DNA of 64,000 bases, from the NCBI GenBank assembly GCA_049852185.1, contig CP187540.1; one strand, written 5' to 3'. The position numbers were made by a program, and so were the translations under genes. Under the pieces are notes generated by a model that ran no database searches, was not told the DNA's origin, and worked only from the letters and a program-made list of their open reading frames with translations. Each line of letters begins with the position of its first letter. Position 1 is the stretch's first letter. Source of the DNA: Methanocaldococcus sp. 28A. GTDB lineage: Archaea > AGJL01 > Methanococci > Methanococcales > Methanocaldococcaceae. Below, one piece after another: positions 34,109 to 45,685 of this stretch.

Positions 34109-36667
34109 TTACTCTTTCTCATTTTTACCTTCCTCATACTCCCTATCTATTATTAATTCAACACATCCAGTTCCAAGATATATTGGTTTTCCAACAATAA
34201 CATTTTCTATAACTCCTTTTAATTTATCAATATCCCCTCTCTCTGCAGCAGCATATAAATGCTTAACAGTTTCTTCGAAAGCTGCTCTTGCTAAGACAGA
34301 ACCTTTCTCTCCAGCAACCCCATGCCTACCTATTGGCTTAACTTCTCCATCAGCAGTCATCATATCCGCTACTAACATCAAATGCCTTATATCAACTTCT
34401 AACCCCTGTTGTTCTAAAGTATTTCTCATCTCATTAATTATAGCGTTTCTTGCCGCTTCAATACCCAAAACTTCCTGTATTTCAATAATGTTATTTGTTG
34501 TAGTTCTTGTTGTGTCAACTCCTTCAATCTTAAATACTTCCCTTAAGTTTGAACCCTGAGTATATAAAACGTATTCATCCCCTTCTTTTTTAACCAAAAC
34601 CCTTTCAATTCCTGGAATTCCTTTTAACTGGATATTTTTAATTTTTGGAATTCTCTTTCTAAGAGCCTTTATTGATGGTGTCTTTATTTTTAAATACAAT
34701 ACACTTCCTTCAACATCAATCTTTACCTTTAATTTTTTCTTAATTGCCTCAACAACATCATCTATTGTTAATCCTCTATCAGCTAATCTATTTTCATCTA
34801 ACTCAACTTTTATAGATTGAGTCCATAAATCAATACTAATACTCTCAGCTATACTTCCCAAGGTTAAGCTTTCTATCTCTTTTGCTATCTCTTCAGCTTT
34901 TTCTCTGTTATCTTTATATCCTTCTTTCAAATAGATAGTCATGATAGGTGTTGAAGGCTCTTTTCTTGCATCTACTATTTCAATCATCCTTGGTAAACCT
35001 AAGGTAACGTTAATCTCCGCAACCCCTGCATAGTGGAATGTTCTCATAGTGTTGTGGGTTAAAACCCCATCAAATGTCGTAAATGTTTCTAACCCCTCAA
35101 CACTTATATCATAAACATATTCTTTATCATAATTTATCTCTTCAATTTCTACAATTTCATCCCAAACTATATCGCTTTCAACTGCCTTTTTCAATAACCA
35201 ATACTCTTCTAATGTTAGAACATTTATTCCTTTCTTAACTGCTAATTCTTCTATTCTTCTTAAGTGTCTTTGTAATGTAGCTCTTCTTATTTTTTGCTTT
35301 CTTTCATATTTCTTTAAAATTATCTTTGGATAATTAATTTTTTCTCCTAACTTAGTTAATGCATCTCCAATTGAAGGTATTATGTCAAATGAGTCGTAAG
35401 TTTTATTATCGTTTATATTATTTATAAGCTTATCTAATTCAACTTTTTTCTTTTCAACTGAGAAGTTAATTTCTTCATAGAATATCTTTATCTGTGTTTG
35501 TGGAATTATTAATGCGTATTGCTCTTTTATTTTTGTTTTTATAGTAAAAATATTGAATCTTGCCAACAATAAAGCTATTCCATCAATTAACTCTTTTGAA
35601 TTTGAGCTAATAGTTATAATTTTTCTCTTTGCATTTACCTTTCCATTTCCATCAAAGTATCCTCTAAGCAATCCTCTAACGAACTCTTTATTTGCTCCAA
35701 ATACAAACTCAGCAACTTTTTTTGTTTTTGATGATAGTCCAAAGTTTGATAAGAATTCAGTCAAAGTTGATGAATAAATCTTTATATCATAATTATCTGA
35801 AAATCCATTATTATTCCTGTATTCTTTATATTTTAAGCCAAACTTATCTAAAAATGTCCTAATTTTATTTAAAACATTTTCGTCAACATTTGAGATTGAA
35901 ACAAAGTCTTTAGTTAATGAACCTTCTGCCAAATAAATTCCAATGAAATATCCAAAGTCATAATCTAACTTTATGTTGTTTGGAATTGATGTTTTGTTTT
36001 TGTTAATCTCAGTTATTGTATTGCTAACAACATAATCAGAGATATTTATTGCCTCAACACAGTTTGCTGGAATATGCTTTACTACTGGAATTCTATCCCC
36101 TATTTTTAAGTCTGAACCTTTAACTGGAATTATTTTATTATCTTTTCTTATAACAAATGAATGGTAAGGGGTAGCTGTAATCTCTCTACCAGATTTTGTT
36201 TTTATTTTAATCAATTTTCCATTGTGTTTATGTCTAATACAACTTAGTATTCTCTTCCAATGAACTTTTTCATCTTGGTCTAAGCTTAGAGCATAGATAT
36301 CAATAGGCAAATCACAAACATCACTTTCTCCAACTTTTTCAAATCCATATTTTTCAATCATCTCATCAACTAATTTTCCAATCTCAATAGATTTTATAAA
36401 CTCTCCTTCTTTGATTATAATCTTCTCTTCATAAGGTAGAGACATCTGAGTACCTGGCTCTCCAATAGATTGTGCTGCAACAATTCCAACAGCTTCATAA
36501 GGTTCAACTAAAGCCTTTTCATAAGCTTTAACAACCTCATCAATAATCTCCTCAATCATTTCATCTGTTAAATCTTTCTCCTTAGATAATTTTTCAAATA
36601 ACTCATCCTTTAATGATTGTGGTAAATTCAAACCTTCAATTTTTTGTTTTAATACTTCCATATCCAT
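34109..36667 (-). CDS. rpoA2: RNA polymerase subunit A'' (Rpo1C) containing an intein
   Basis: AAQSIGEPGTQM|intein|TMRTFHYAG; spliced length 388 aa. Confidence 0.97.
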   Translation of the reverse strand: MDMEVLKQKIEGLNLPQSLKDELFEKLSKEKDLTDEMIEEIIDEVVKAYEKALVEPYEAVGIVAAQSIGEPGTQMSLPYEEKIIIKEGEFIKSIEIGKLVDEMIEKYGFEKVGESDVCDLPIDIYALSLDQDEKVHWKRILSCIRHKHNGKLIKIKTKSGREITATPYHSFVIRKDNKIIPVKGSDLKIGDRIPVVKHIPANCVEAINISDYVVSNTITEINKNKTSIPNNIKLDYDFGYFIGIYLAEGSLTKDFVSISNVDENVLNKIRTFLDKFGLKYKEYRNNNGFSDNYDIKIYSSTLTEFLSNFGLSSKTKKVAEFVFGANKEFVRGLLRGYFDGNGKVNAKRKIITISSNSKELIDGIALLLARFNIFTIKTKIKEQYALIIPQTQIKIFYEEINFSVEKKKVELDKLINNINDNKTYDSFDIIPSIGDALTKLGEKINYPKIILKKYERKQKIRRATLQRHLRRIEELAVKKGINVLTLEEYWLLKKAVESDIVWDEIVEIEEINYDKEYVYDISVEGLETFTTFDGVLTHNTMRTFHYAGVAEINVTLGLPRMIEIVDARKEPSTPIMTIYLKEGYKDNREKAEEIAKEIESLTLGSIAESISIDLWTQSIKVELDENRLADRGLTIDDVVEAIKKKLKVKIDVEGSVLYLKIKTPSIKALRKRIPKIKNIQLKGIPGIERVLVKKEGDEYVLYTQGSNLREVFKIEGVDTTRTTTNNIIEIQEVLGIEAARNAIINEMRNTLEQQGLEVDIRHLMLVADMMTADGEVKPIGRHGVAGEKGSVLARAAFEETVKHLYAAAERGDIDKLKGVIENVIVGKPIYLGTGCVELIIDREYEEGKNEKE
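35051..36442 (-). mobile_element. Intein in RpoA'' (464 aa) with a LAGLIDADG domain
   Basis: Starts SLPYEEKI, block B TPYHSF, motifs IGIYLAEG and LRGYFDGNG, ends VYDISV...THN/T. Confidence 0.95.
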
Positions 36668-36727
36668 ATACTCTCACCTTAAAAATGAAAATTTATATTG
36701 TGCAAAGCTATATTTATAAAGCAGAAA

Positions 36728-39397
36728 TTATTTGTTATATTTCATCTTAACCTTGTCAATTATTCTATCAATATTTACTGCCTTTCCTCTATCAGCAAGC
36801 ATTGGGTCTACTCCATCTTCTCCATACCTAAACTGAATCATAATTCCTCTTGAATCTCTAACTGTTCCATCAAATTCTGTTTTTAAATCTTGTAAAGCGT
36901 TAATCAATCTTCTCTGCATGTAACCAGACTGAGCAGTTCTAACTGCCTGGTCAACTAAACCTTCCCTACCTCCCATAGCGTGGAAGAAGAATTCTGTTGG
37001 ACTCAAACCTCTCTTATAACTACTTCTAACGAACCCGTGAGATTTTGCATCTAAGCTTCCCTTTTCAAAGTGAGGTAATACTCTACCTCTATAACCTCTA
37101 AAGATTCTTCTACCTCTAACAGACTGTTGCCCTAAACATGCTGCCATCTGTGTTAAGTTTAATATATTACCTCTTGCACCAGTAACTGCCATGATAACTG
37201 CATGGTTATCTAAACCTAAGTATTTCTCAGCAATTGCCCCAGCCTTATCTCTGGCCTCTCTCAAAATATTGTTTATATATGCCTCCCTTGACTCCTCCAA
37301 GTCTAAACCTGGAAGCAATTCGAGTTCGCCTCTTTCATATTTTTCAATAATTTCTTTAACCTTCTCTTCTGCTTCATCTAAAACTTTTTCTATCTCTTTT
37401 AATGCTTCTTCTGGTAAATCTTCATCGTCAATACCTGTTGTAAATCCTCTTAACATCACTGCCCTTATTGCCATTTTAGTAGCTGAGTCAAGGAATTTTC
37501 TACCTGCTTCAGGACCAAACTCCTTAACTATTGTGTGTAAGATTAAACCTGCCTCTGCCCCATAACCGTTTTTATCAATAACTCCCTTAATCAACTCTCC
37601 ATCTTTTATTACAACATATGCATCGTATTCACAATTCTCTTTCTTACACTCATCACACTTTCTACAAATCTTTGCTTTATATCTCAAATTCAATCCTTTT
37701 GGTAAAGCTTTACTGAATATCTTCTTACCAGAATATAATGGAATACCATTCTCTACTTTATCTGGCTCCCATAATTCATCCTTAATTCCTCCACTTCTTA
37801 AAATTAAAGTAGCTTCATCTTTTGTGAAGTAGTTTGATGTTAAAAGATAAGCTCCTGAGATAAAGTCATGTATAGCCCCAATAATAGGACCTCCAAATCT
37901 TGGAGAGAGGATATGTTTCTCTACAAGCATTAAAGCCTCTGCCTCTGCTCTTGCCTCTTCTGATTGTGGGGCATGTAAGTTCATTTCATCTCCATCGAAG
38001 TCAGCGTTATATGGAGGACAAACGCACAAATTGTGTCTAAATGTTCTATATGGAAGGACTCTAACTCTATGTGCCATAATAGACATTCTGTGTAATGATG
38101 GCTGTCTGTTGTATAAAACAATATCCCCATCCATTAAGTGTCTCTCAACTATATCTCCTTCTCTTATATTTTCTACCCAAAAATCCTTATTACTTTCAGT
38201 TATCTTAACCTTATATTCTTGCTCAGTTCCATCCTTACCAATCATCTTTCTTATAACGTAATTAACTCCTGGATGCTTATTAGAACCATTCTTTAATAAC
38301 TTCCTAATTCTATCAATATTGTATTTTGTTACTTTTTCTGGAACAGTTAGCTCTTTAGCTACAATCTCAGGAACTCCAACCTCATTAATACTTAAACATG
38401 GGTCCGGAGAAATTACTGTTCTTGATGAGAAGTTAACTCTCTTACCAGCTAAGTTGTATCTAAATCTCCCCTCTTTACCTTTCAACCTCTGAGCCAGTGT
38501 TTTTAATGGTCTTCCACTTCTATGCTTAGCTGGAGGAATTCCTGGAGCTTCGTTATCGAAGTATGTATTAACATGGTATTGTAAAAGATTCCATAAATCT
38601 TCAATAATTAAATTTGGTGCTCCTCCTTCTATATTCTCCTCTAATCTATTATTAATTCTAATTATATCAACTAATTTATGAGTTAAGTCATCTTCACTTC
38701 TTTCTCCTGTCTCTAAGGTAATTGATGGTCTTACAGTTACTGGTGGCACTGGCAGGACAGTAAGAACCATCCATTCAGGTCTCGCAACTTCTGGGTTTAA
38801 TCCTAACAAGATACAATCTTCATCAGGAATCTTCTCTAAAATCTCTCTAACATCTGATGGTGTTAGTGTTTTTTCTTCATTTCCATCTACTCTATAGTAT
38901 GTTGTTGGTTTTTCATATTTTATATCATACTTTATCTCTCCACAATGTGGGCAGATTGTAACTTTTGAAGCTTCTTTATAAACTTCCTCACAAACTTCCC
39001 ACTTATTTCCACCATCTCTCTCTAATTTTTCCATCTTTTCTAAAATCTCCCTTCTTTTAGTCTCACTTATTGCTACTCTTCCACAGTGTGGACAAACAGC
39101 TTTCAATATTTTATATATTGTTTTGGCAAATCCTATATGAATTACTGGCTTAGCCAACTCTATATGCCCAAAATGCCCTGGACATTCTCCAATTCTTCCA
39201 CCACATGTTTTACAAACTAAACCTGGGTCTATAACTCCCAACCTTGTATCCATTAAACCTCCATCTATTGGATAACCATCTTCATCATAGGTATCTGGTG
39301 TAACTATTTTAGCAACTGACATCTGCCTTATGTAATCTGGAGACAACAAACCAAACATTATTTCTCCAATCTCCTTAGGAATTTCGTATCTCTCCAT
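36728..39397 (-). CDS. rpoA1: RNA polymerase subunit A' (Rpo1N), intein-free
   Basis: CPGHFGHIEL, NRQPSLH, catalytic YNADFDGDEMN. Confidence 0.98.
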   Translation of the reverse strand: MERYEIPKEIGEIMFGLLSPDYIRQMSVAKIVTPDTYDEDGYPIDGGLMDTRLGVIDPGLVCKTCGGRIGECPGHFGHIELAKPVIHIGFAKTIYKILKAVCPHCGRVAISETKRREILEKMEKLERDGGNKWEVCEEVYKEASKVTICPHCGEIKYDIKYEKPTTYYRVDGNEEKTLTPSDVREILEKIPDEDCILLGLNPEVARPEWMVLTVLPVPPVTVRPSITLETGERSEDDLTHKLVDIIRINNRLEENIEGGAPNLIIEDLWNLLQYHVNTYFDNEAPGIPPAKHRSGRPLKTLAQRLKGKEGRFRYNLAGKRVNFSSRTVISPDPCLSINEVGVPEIVAKELTVPEKVTKYNIDRIRKLLKNGSNKHPGVNYVIRKMIGKDGTEQEYKVKITESNKDFWVENIREGDIVERHLMDGDIVLYNRQPSLHRMSIMAHRVRVLPYRTFRHNLCVCPPYNADFDGDEMNLHAPQSEEARAEAEALMLVEKHILSPRFGGPIIGAIHDFISGAYLLTSNYFTKDEATLILRSGGIKDELWEPDKVENGIPLYSGKKIFSKALPKGLNLRYKAKICRKCDECKKENCEYDAYVVIKDGELIKGVIDKNGYGAEAGLILHTIVKEFGPEAGRKFLDSATKMAIRAVMLRGFTTGIDDEDLPEEALKEIEKVLDEAEEKVKEIIEKYERGELELLPGLDLEESREAYINNILREARDKAGAIAEKYLGLDNHAVIMAVTGARGNILNLTQMAACLGQQSVRGRRIFRGYRGRVLPHFEKGSLDAKSHGFVRSSYKRGLSPTEFFFHAMGGREGLVDQAVRTAQSGYMQRRLINALQDLKTEFDGTVRDSRGIMIQFRYGEDGVDPMLADRGKAVNIDRIIDKVKMKYNK

Positions 39398-39512
39398 CAA
39401 TATCACCAAAAGTTAGGGATTTGCTTATTTTTTTCTTTTTTTTGTTTAAATTACTATCATTTAAATTATTGATATCCAATTAGATTGAAAATTTAAATAA
39501 TATGGCAATGGT

Positions 39513-41423
39513 TTATTGTTTTTGCTCAACTTTTTCTTTTTCTAACTTTTCAATAAATTCTTCAAAATCTTCTAATTCTACTTTATCTTTAACTTTAAGT
39601 TTTGGTAAGATACACATACTCTTCAATTCATCTAACAACAGCTTAAATGCATAAGGTATTCTAACAAATGGTATCTTCTTGGAATTGTATATGTTCTCAA
39701 TTTCACCACATATTGGACAGTATTTTATGTTTCTCTTGTAGTCTAATATTGCAAAGTCCCCACATTTTGAACATATACAGATATCATAAGGGTCTGATTC
39801 ATCCATAAGTCTTTCTTTCAATAGCATAGCTGCTCCATGACCAATTAAAACATCCCTCTCCATCTCTCCAAACCTTAAACCTCCTTCTCTAGCTCTACCC
39901 TCTGTTGGTTGTCTTGTTAGCACTTGGACAGGCCCTCTACTTCTTGCGTGTATCTTTCCAGCAACTAAGTGGTGTAATTTTTGATAGTATGCTATTCCAA
40001 TGTAAATCTCTACTTCAAACTTCTTCCCAGTTTTTCCATCATACATAACTTCTTTACCGTGATGTTTAAATCCCAAAGCCTCTAAAGCTTTTCTTAAATC
40101 CCATTCTTTCTCTCCGCTAAATATAGTTCCATCTATTCTTCTTCCCTCCAAAGCTCCTACTTTACCTCCAAGCATCTCCAATAACTGTCCAACGGTCATT
40201 CTTGAAGGAATTGCGTGTGGGTTAATTATGATATCAGGAACTATTCCACTTTCAGTGAAAGGTAAATCCTCTTGTGGAACTGTAAGTCCCATAACCCCTT
40301 TTTGTCCATGTCTTGAAGCAAATTTATCCCCTAATTCTGGAACCCTCAAATCTCTAACTTTGACTTTAACTAATCTGTTTCCTTCTTTTGTTTCAGTTAG
40401 TATAACTTTATCAATATAACCCCCTTCCCCATGTCTTACGACAACTGATGAATCTCTTCTCTGTGGTTTAACTTGGATTGTTATCTCATGCTCCTCTAAG
40501 AATCTTGGAGGAGAAGTTTTACCAACAATTACATCACCACCTTTTACATGAGCTTCTACAGAAGCAATTCCATCCTCTTCTAAGTGAATATATGCATCTT
40601 CCGACCTATATCCCCTAACTCCCTTATCAGGAATCTCAAACCTATCCATTTGTCCTCCAGGATACCTTCTTTCACAAGCATCATAGGTTCTGAAGAAAGT
40701 ACTTCTACCCAAACCTCTATCAATTGCTGATTTATTAAACACTATACCATCTTCCATGTTGTATCCTTCATAGCTCATAATTGCTACAACAAAATTCTGC
40801 CCAGCTGGTCTTTTATCAAAACCTAAAATTTCTTGATGTTTTGTCCTAACAATTGGCACTTGTGGATAGTGAAGATAATGCCCCCTTGTATCTAATCTCC
40901 ATTTTATGTTACTCATTGGAATTCCTAATGACTGCTTTCCCATAGCTGCAGCCATTGTAATTCTTGGAGCAGAGTTGTGCTCTGGATATGGAGCAACACC
41001 AGCACCAATACCTAATATAGTGAGTGGGTTAATCTCTAAGTGTGTGTGTTTTTCAGTTAATTCTTCTTCTGATAGAGCAATATAAGCATTTTCCTCTTCT
41101 TCTGCATCTAAATACTCAATAACTCCTTCTTTAACTAAATCTGAGAATGTAATTTCTCCTTTTTTCAATTTTTCAATATGTTCTTTGGTTAATTTTGGTT
41201 TTCCATTCTCTACTACAATCAGAGGTCTAACAATTCTTCCAGCGTCCGTGTTTATATGTATATCGTTACTCTCTTCATAATATGCAACAGTTGTGTATTT
41301 AGGGAGTTCTCCTTTTCTTCTTGCTTCTCTAATATACTTAACAAGTTCTTCAGGTTTGTCAGTAGTCCCAACTAATTTTCCATTAACATAAATATTTACG
41401 TCCCTTGATGCCAAGTTTTTCAC
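39513..41423 (-). CDS. rpoB1: RNA polymerase subunit B' (Rpo2C)
   Basis: [24 protein letters not shown]-terminal zinc finger. Confidence 0.97.
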   Translation of the reverse strand: MKNLASRDVNIYVNGKLVGTTDKPEELVKYIREARRKGELPKYTTVAYYEESNDIHINTDAGRIVRPLIVVENGKPKLTKEHIEKLKKGEITFSDLVKEGVIEYLDAEEEENAYIALSEEELTEKHTHLEINPLTILGIGAGVAPYPEHNSAPRITMAAAMGKQSLGIPMSNIKWRLDTRGHYLHYPQVPIVRTKHQEILGFDKRPAGQNFVVAIMSYEGYNMEDGIVFNKSAIDRGLGRSTFFRTYDACERRYPGGQMDRFEIPDKGVRGYRSEDAYIHLEEDGIASVEAHVKGGDVIVGKTSPPRFLEEHEITIQVKPQRRDSSVVVRHGEGGYIDKVILTETKEGNRLVKVKVRDLRVPELGDKFASRHGQKGVMGLTVPQEDLPFTESGIVPDIIINPHAIPSRMTVGQLLEMLGGKVGALEGRRIDGTIFSGEKEWDLRKALEALGFKHHGKEVMYDGKTGKKFEVEIYIGIAYYQKLHHLVAGKIHARSRGPVQVLTRQPTEGRAREGGLRFGEMERDVLIGHGAAMLLKERLMDESDPYDICICSKCGDFAILDYKRNIKYCPICGEIENIYNSKKIPFVRIPYAFKLLLDELKSMCILPKLKVKDKVELEDFEEFIEKLEKEKVEQKQ

Positions 41424-41505
41424 CTAAGAATGATTTTTTTATTAGTTATGATTTTAAGACATTCAAAAAATCTAAAAATGTAAAATTTAATAATAAAAAT
41501 CATAA

Positions 41506-43008
41506 TTATGATTGATACTCATTAATTCCAAATGATTTTAATAGCTCAATAACTTTACTATCATCTTCTTCTCTTGTAACCTTACACATTATAGCAAAGT
41601 TTTTAACAAGACCACAGTTTGGTCCTTCTGGAGTTTCTGAAGGACAGATTTTACCCCAATGAGTTCCATGCAACTCTCTTGCTTCAAAGTGTGGCTGGGA
41701 CCTTGATAATGGTGAGACTATTCTTCTCAATTGGGAATTTGTTGCTAAGTAACTTGTTCTATCTAAAAGTTGGCTAACCCCAGTTTTTCCTCCAACCCAT
41801 GTTCCTGTTGCCATAGCATGCTTAATTCTTTCAGTTAATATATCGCTTCTTACAGCTGCTTGGATTGATGGTGTTTTATTCCTTAATGTCTGCCTTTCTA
41901 ATTGATATTTAATATCCTTAACAAGTTGGCTGAAAGCATATCTAAACAAATCCTCCATCAAATCTCCAGCTAACTTAGCTCTTTTATATGCGTAATGGTC
42001 TTTATCATCCTCTCCTCTATATCCAAAGTAAAGTTCTAAAGCGTTTCTTGCCATTATTCCCAAGAATCTAATTTTCTTTGGGAAATCTTCTTTTGTAACT
42101 CCTAAATGAGGTAATAGATAGTTACATAAAACTGTTTCTGCTCTCCTTAATCTATATTCTTTTGCCTGACCTGGAGCCACTCTTTTTCCAATAAATTCTA
42201 AAGCTTCTTCAGGAGTGTTTATATTGTGTTCTTCTCTAATCTCTTGGATATTTAAAACAATTTCCATAAAGAATCTTTCATCATTAATTGCCTCAATAAT
42301 GTCTTTATCTGTCTCAGCCCCAAGTGCTTTCATTAATATAACCAATGGAATCTGCCCAGGCATTCCAGGGAATGTAGCATACAATAAACCGTCAGGATGT
42401 CTCTCAACTGTACATAGAGCTCTAAATCCATGTCTTGTTGAAAATACTTTTGCAACATCTACAATCTTTCCACTTCTTTCTGCTTTCTCACACAAAATTC
42501 TATTTGGAATTAAATCTTCTTGAGTAATTAAAACTTTCTCAGTACCATTAATTATAAAATAGCCAAATGGGTCTTCTGGGTCTTCCCCAAGCTCTATAAG
42601 TTCCTCTCTTGATTTCCCATACAAGTGGCAAATCTTAGAGCCAAGCATTACTGGGAGCTCTCCAATATAAACCTCAACTGTATCTCCTTCTCTTTCATTT
42701 TCTCCTTCACCAATAATAGGAGTCATTTCTAAATATAAAGGAACTGAATATGTTAAATCTCTAATTCTTGCCTCCATTGGAGTTATTGGTCTTATTGAAC
42801 CATCAGCTTCTTTAATAACAGGTTTTCCTACTTTAATTTTTCCTAATTTAACTTTATACCCGCCAGAAATCTCTGTCTCAATATAACCAACTTCATCAAT
42901 AATTTTTTGTAATCTATTTTCTACAAAATCGTTATATGACTCTATCTGGTGGTCTATTAAACCATGTTCTTTAAAATAAGCATCTACTAATTCTCTCATA
43001 ATTGCCAC
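41506..43008 (-). CDS. rpoB2: RNA polymerase subunit B'' (Rpo2N)
   Basis: HQIESYNDF, GYFIINGTEK, CPSETPEGPNCGLVKN. Confidence 0.97.
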   Translation of the reverse strand: MAIMRELVDAYFKEHGLIDHQIESYNDFVENRLQKIIDEVGYIETEISGGYKVKLGKIKVGKPVIKEADGSIRPITPMEARIRDLTYSVPLYLEMTPIIGEGENEREGDTVEVYIGELPVMLGSKICHLYGKSREELIELGEDPEDPFGYFIINGTEKVLITQEDLIPNRILCEKAERSGKIVDVAKVFSTRHGFRALCTVERHPDGLLYATFPGMPGQIPLVILMKALGAETDKDIIEAINDERFFMEIVLNIQEIREEHNINTPEEALEFIGKRVAPGQAKEYRLRRAETVLCNYLLPHLGVTKEDFPKKIRFLGIMARNALELYFGYRGEDDKDHYAYKRAKLAGDLMEDLFRYAFSQLVKDIKYQLERQTLRNKTPSIQAAVRSDILTERIKHAMATGTWVGGKTGVSQLLDRTSYLATNSQLRRIVSPLSRSQPHFEARELHGTHWGKICPSETPEGPNCGLVKNFAIMCKVTREEDDSKVIELLKSFGINEYQS

Positions 43009-43100
43009 CTATATTTTTTAAGATAATCTAAGAGACATTATTTAAGTTAATGCTTAAATAATGCATCCGTTTTGATGAAACTTTTTCTAAAAGTTTCTTT

Positions 43101-43337
43101 TTAAATAATCCTTTTAATAACTAATCTATAAGCTACACTAACCCCAGCTGTTGGACTTTTTCTAATTATTCTAATAACATCTCCCTCTTTAGCTCCAATC
43201 TCCTGAATAACAGGGTCGTCTTCATAAATTTTTGGTAGTTGCTGAATCTTTATATTATATCTCTTCAAAATCTCTTCAACTTCTTCTTTAGGAACTATTT
43301 CATGCTTTGGCACCAATATATGGTCTGTGACCTTCAA
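43101..43337 (-). CDS. rpoH: RNA polymerase subunit H (Rpo5)
   Basis: HILVPKHE, QLPKI...DP, RKSPTAG...YRLV. Confidence 0.97.
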   Translation of the reverse strand: MKVTDHILVPKHEIVPKEEVEEILKRYNIKIQQLPKIYEDDPVIQEIGAKEGDVIRIIRKSPTAGVSVAYRLVIKRII

Positions 43338-43424
43338 GGTTACTCCTCCCTTACAGTTTTATTTAAATACTATAAAAACAATAAAATTAAAAAAAAGAAA
43401 CTACGTGAGATAGAGATAACTGTG

Positions 43425-43468
43425 ATGCATCCTTAAAAATATTTCTTTCTCATATTTATTTTTTACTT
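43425..43468 (-). promoter_or_regulatory. Probable promoter of the rpo operon
   Basis: Minus strand aaaa-ataaatat about 25 nt before the ggATGC initiator, the same initiator as the rRNA promoter. Confidence 0.5.
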
Positions 43469-43508
43469 TTATTACTTTATAAAAATATTTTTATGTTTAA
43501 ATTCCTTG

Positions 43509-44348
43509 TTAATTTTTTATAGCTACCTTAACCTTCTTTTTAGTCCCTTCCTTTAGATTTTTAACAAACTCTTCCAATTCTTTTAGGAATTTCTCTTCAT
43601 CTTTTATTTTGTTATTTTCATCTAAATGTTTCTCAACAATCTTAACAATCGCACTACCTACAATAGCTCCATCTGCTATTTCAGTTATTTCTTCAACATG
43701 CTCTCTCTTTGATATCCCAAATCCTACACAGGCAGGGATTTTTGAAAACTTTTTAACTTTTCTAATCAGCTCTTTTGTCTCTTCAGCTACTTTCTCTCTT
43801 GCTCCGGTAATTCCAGTTACAGACACAACATAAACAAATCCACTACACTTCTCTAAAATTTTTTTAAGCCTATCGTCTGGTGTCGTTGGTGCAACCAAAA
43901 ATATTAAATCAATTCCATACTCTTTACAGTAATTGTATAAGCTATCAGCTTCCTCAATTGGTAAATCAGGAACTATAATCCCTGCAATTCCAACCTCTTT
44001 ACATTTTTTAACAAACTCTTCCTCACCTATTTTAAATATAATATTATAATAAGTTAAAAACACCTTTGGAGTGTTTGGAAACTTATCATTCAATTTTTTA
44101 GCTAATTCAAAAGCTTTTAAAGGGTTCATCCCATTGTTTAAAGCTCTAACATCTGCTTTTTGTATTGTAATTCCATCTGCAACAGGGTCAGAAAATGGAA
44201 TTCCTATCTCAACAATATCTGCATGCTTACATATAACTTCTAACGCCTTTTCTGAAATCTCTAAGTTAGGGTCTCCTCCAACATAAAATGCAATAAATGC
44301 CTTTTCTCCTTTCTTTTTTAACTCTTCAAATTTTTCTGATAATTTCAT
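43509..44348 (-). CDS. trpA: Tryptophan synthase alpha chain
   Basis: EIGIPFSDPVADG, PDLPIEE, VTGITG, VGFGIS, DGAIVGSA. Confidence 0.98.
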   Translation of the reverse strand: MKLSEKFEELKKKGEKAFIAFYVGGDPNLEISEKALEVICKHADIVEIGIPFSDPVADGITIQKADVRALNNGMNPLKAFELAKKLNDKFPNTPKVFLTYYNIIFKIGEEEFVKKCKEVGIAGIIVPDLPIEEADSLYNYCKEYGIDLIFLVAPTTPDDRLKKILEKCSGFVYVVSVTGITGAREKVAEETKELIRKVKKFSKIPACVGFGISKREHVEEITEIADGAIVGSAIVKIVEKHLDENNKIKDEEKFLKELEEFVKNLKEGTKKKVKVAIKN

Positions 44349-44404
44349 AATCCTCCCTCAAAACTTTTAATAAAATAATTAATAAAATAATACGTATGTA
44401 TTTT

Positions 44405-45619
44405 TTAAATCTCCTTCCCTAAAGCTTTAGCAACTGTTTGAACGTCCTTATCTCCTCTACCAGACAGATTTATAACCATTACATCATCTTTATCCAACTT
44501 ATCAGCCAATTTAACAGCATAAGCTAATGCATGAGAGCTTTCTAATGCTGGCAAGATTCCCTCTAACCTACAAAGTAATTGAAATGCCTCTAAAGCTTCG
44601 TCATCAGTTACATAAACTGCCTTAATTCTTCCTTCATCCTTTAAAAATGAAAGCTCAGGCCCTACTCCAGGATAATCCAATCCTGCTGAGATACTATAAC
44701 TTTCTTCTATCTGCCCAAACTCATCCTCTATAACATAAATCTTAGCCCCATGTAAAACCCCAACTTCTCCAGCACATAATGAAGCTCCATGCATTCCTGT
44801 TTCAATTCCTTTTCCTCCAGCTTCAACAGCATATAATTCAATATCATCATCTAAAAACTCATAAAATGCTCCTATAGCATTACTTCCTCCTCCAACACAT
44901 GCAACAATAACATCTGGCAATTTTCCCTCTTTCTCTAATATTTGCTCTCTAATCTCTTTACCTATAACTCTTTGGAACTCTCTAACCATCATTGGATATG
45001 GATGAGGTCCTAAGGCAGAGCCAAGCAAATAATATGTTGTTCTAACATTTGTTGTCCAATCTCTTAAAGCTTCATTTACAGCATCTTTTAATGTTTGTGA
45101 GCCACCAAATACAGGAATAACTTTAGCTCCCATCAACTCCATTCTGAAAACATTCAACTTTTGCCTTTCAACATCCTTAGCTCCCATATATATTATGCAT
45201 TCCAACCCAAGTTTAGCACATGCTGCTGCAGTAGCAACTCCATGCTGTCCAGCTCCTGTTTCTGCTATGACTCTCTTCTTACCCATTTTTTTAGCTAATA
45301 AAGCTTGTCCTAAAGCGTTATTTATTTTATGAGCACCTAAATGAGCTAAATCCTCTCTCTTTAAATAAACTTTACAGCCAAGCTCTTCACTCAATCTTTT
45401 TGCATAGTATAATGGAGTAGGTCTTCCAACATAATCCCTCAATAAAGCATAATACTCCTCTCTAAAGTTTCCTTCATTGTTTATCCAAAATCTTTTAAAT
45501 GCCTCTTCTAATTCAATTATAGCTGGAACTAATGTTTCTGGAACGAATTTACCTCCATATATACCAAATTTTCCATTTTCATCTGGATACATGTCTTTAT
45601 ATTTCTTCAAGATAGACAC
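44405..45619 (-). CDS. trpB: Tryptophan synthase beta chain
   Basis: [37 protein letters not shown]. Confidence 0.98.
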   Translation of the reverse strand: MSILKKYKDMYPDENGKFGIYGGKFVPETLVPAIIELEEAFKRFWINNEGNFREEYYALLRDYVGRPTPLYYAKRLSEELGCKVYLKREDLAHLGAHKINNALGQALLAKKMGKKRVIAETGAGQHGVATAAACAKLGLECIIYMGAKDVERQKLNVFRMELMGAKVIPVFGGSQTLKDAVNEALRDWTTNVRTTYYLLGSALGPHPYPMMVREFQRVIGKEIREQILEKEGKLPDVIVACVGGGSNAIGAFYEFLDDDIELYAVEAGGKGIETGMHGASLCAGEVGVLHGAKIYVIEDEFGQIEESYSISAGLDYPGVGPELSFLKDEGRIKAVYVTDDEALEAFQLLCRLEGILPALESSHALAYAVKLADKLDKDDVMVINLSGRGDKDVQTVAKALGKEI

Positions 45620-45685
45620 CCCAAAAGATAATTTTAGCTTCAGAAATAGTATTTAGAAATATTACTTATACATTTGTCTTAATAT

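Noticed and set aside
43077-43097. Hairpin gaaactttt-tct-aaaagtttc after rpoH
   Set aside because: Single AT-rich copy in this window; it cannot be classed as a terminator or a repeat without genome-wide data
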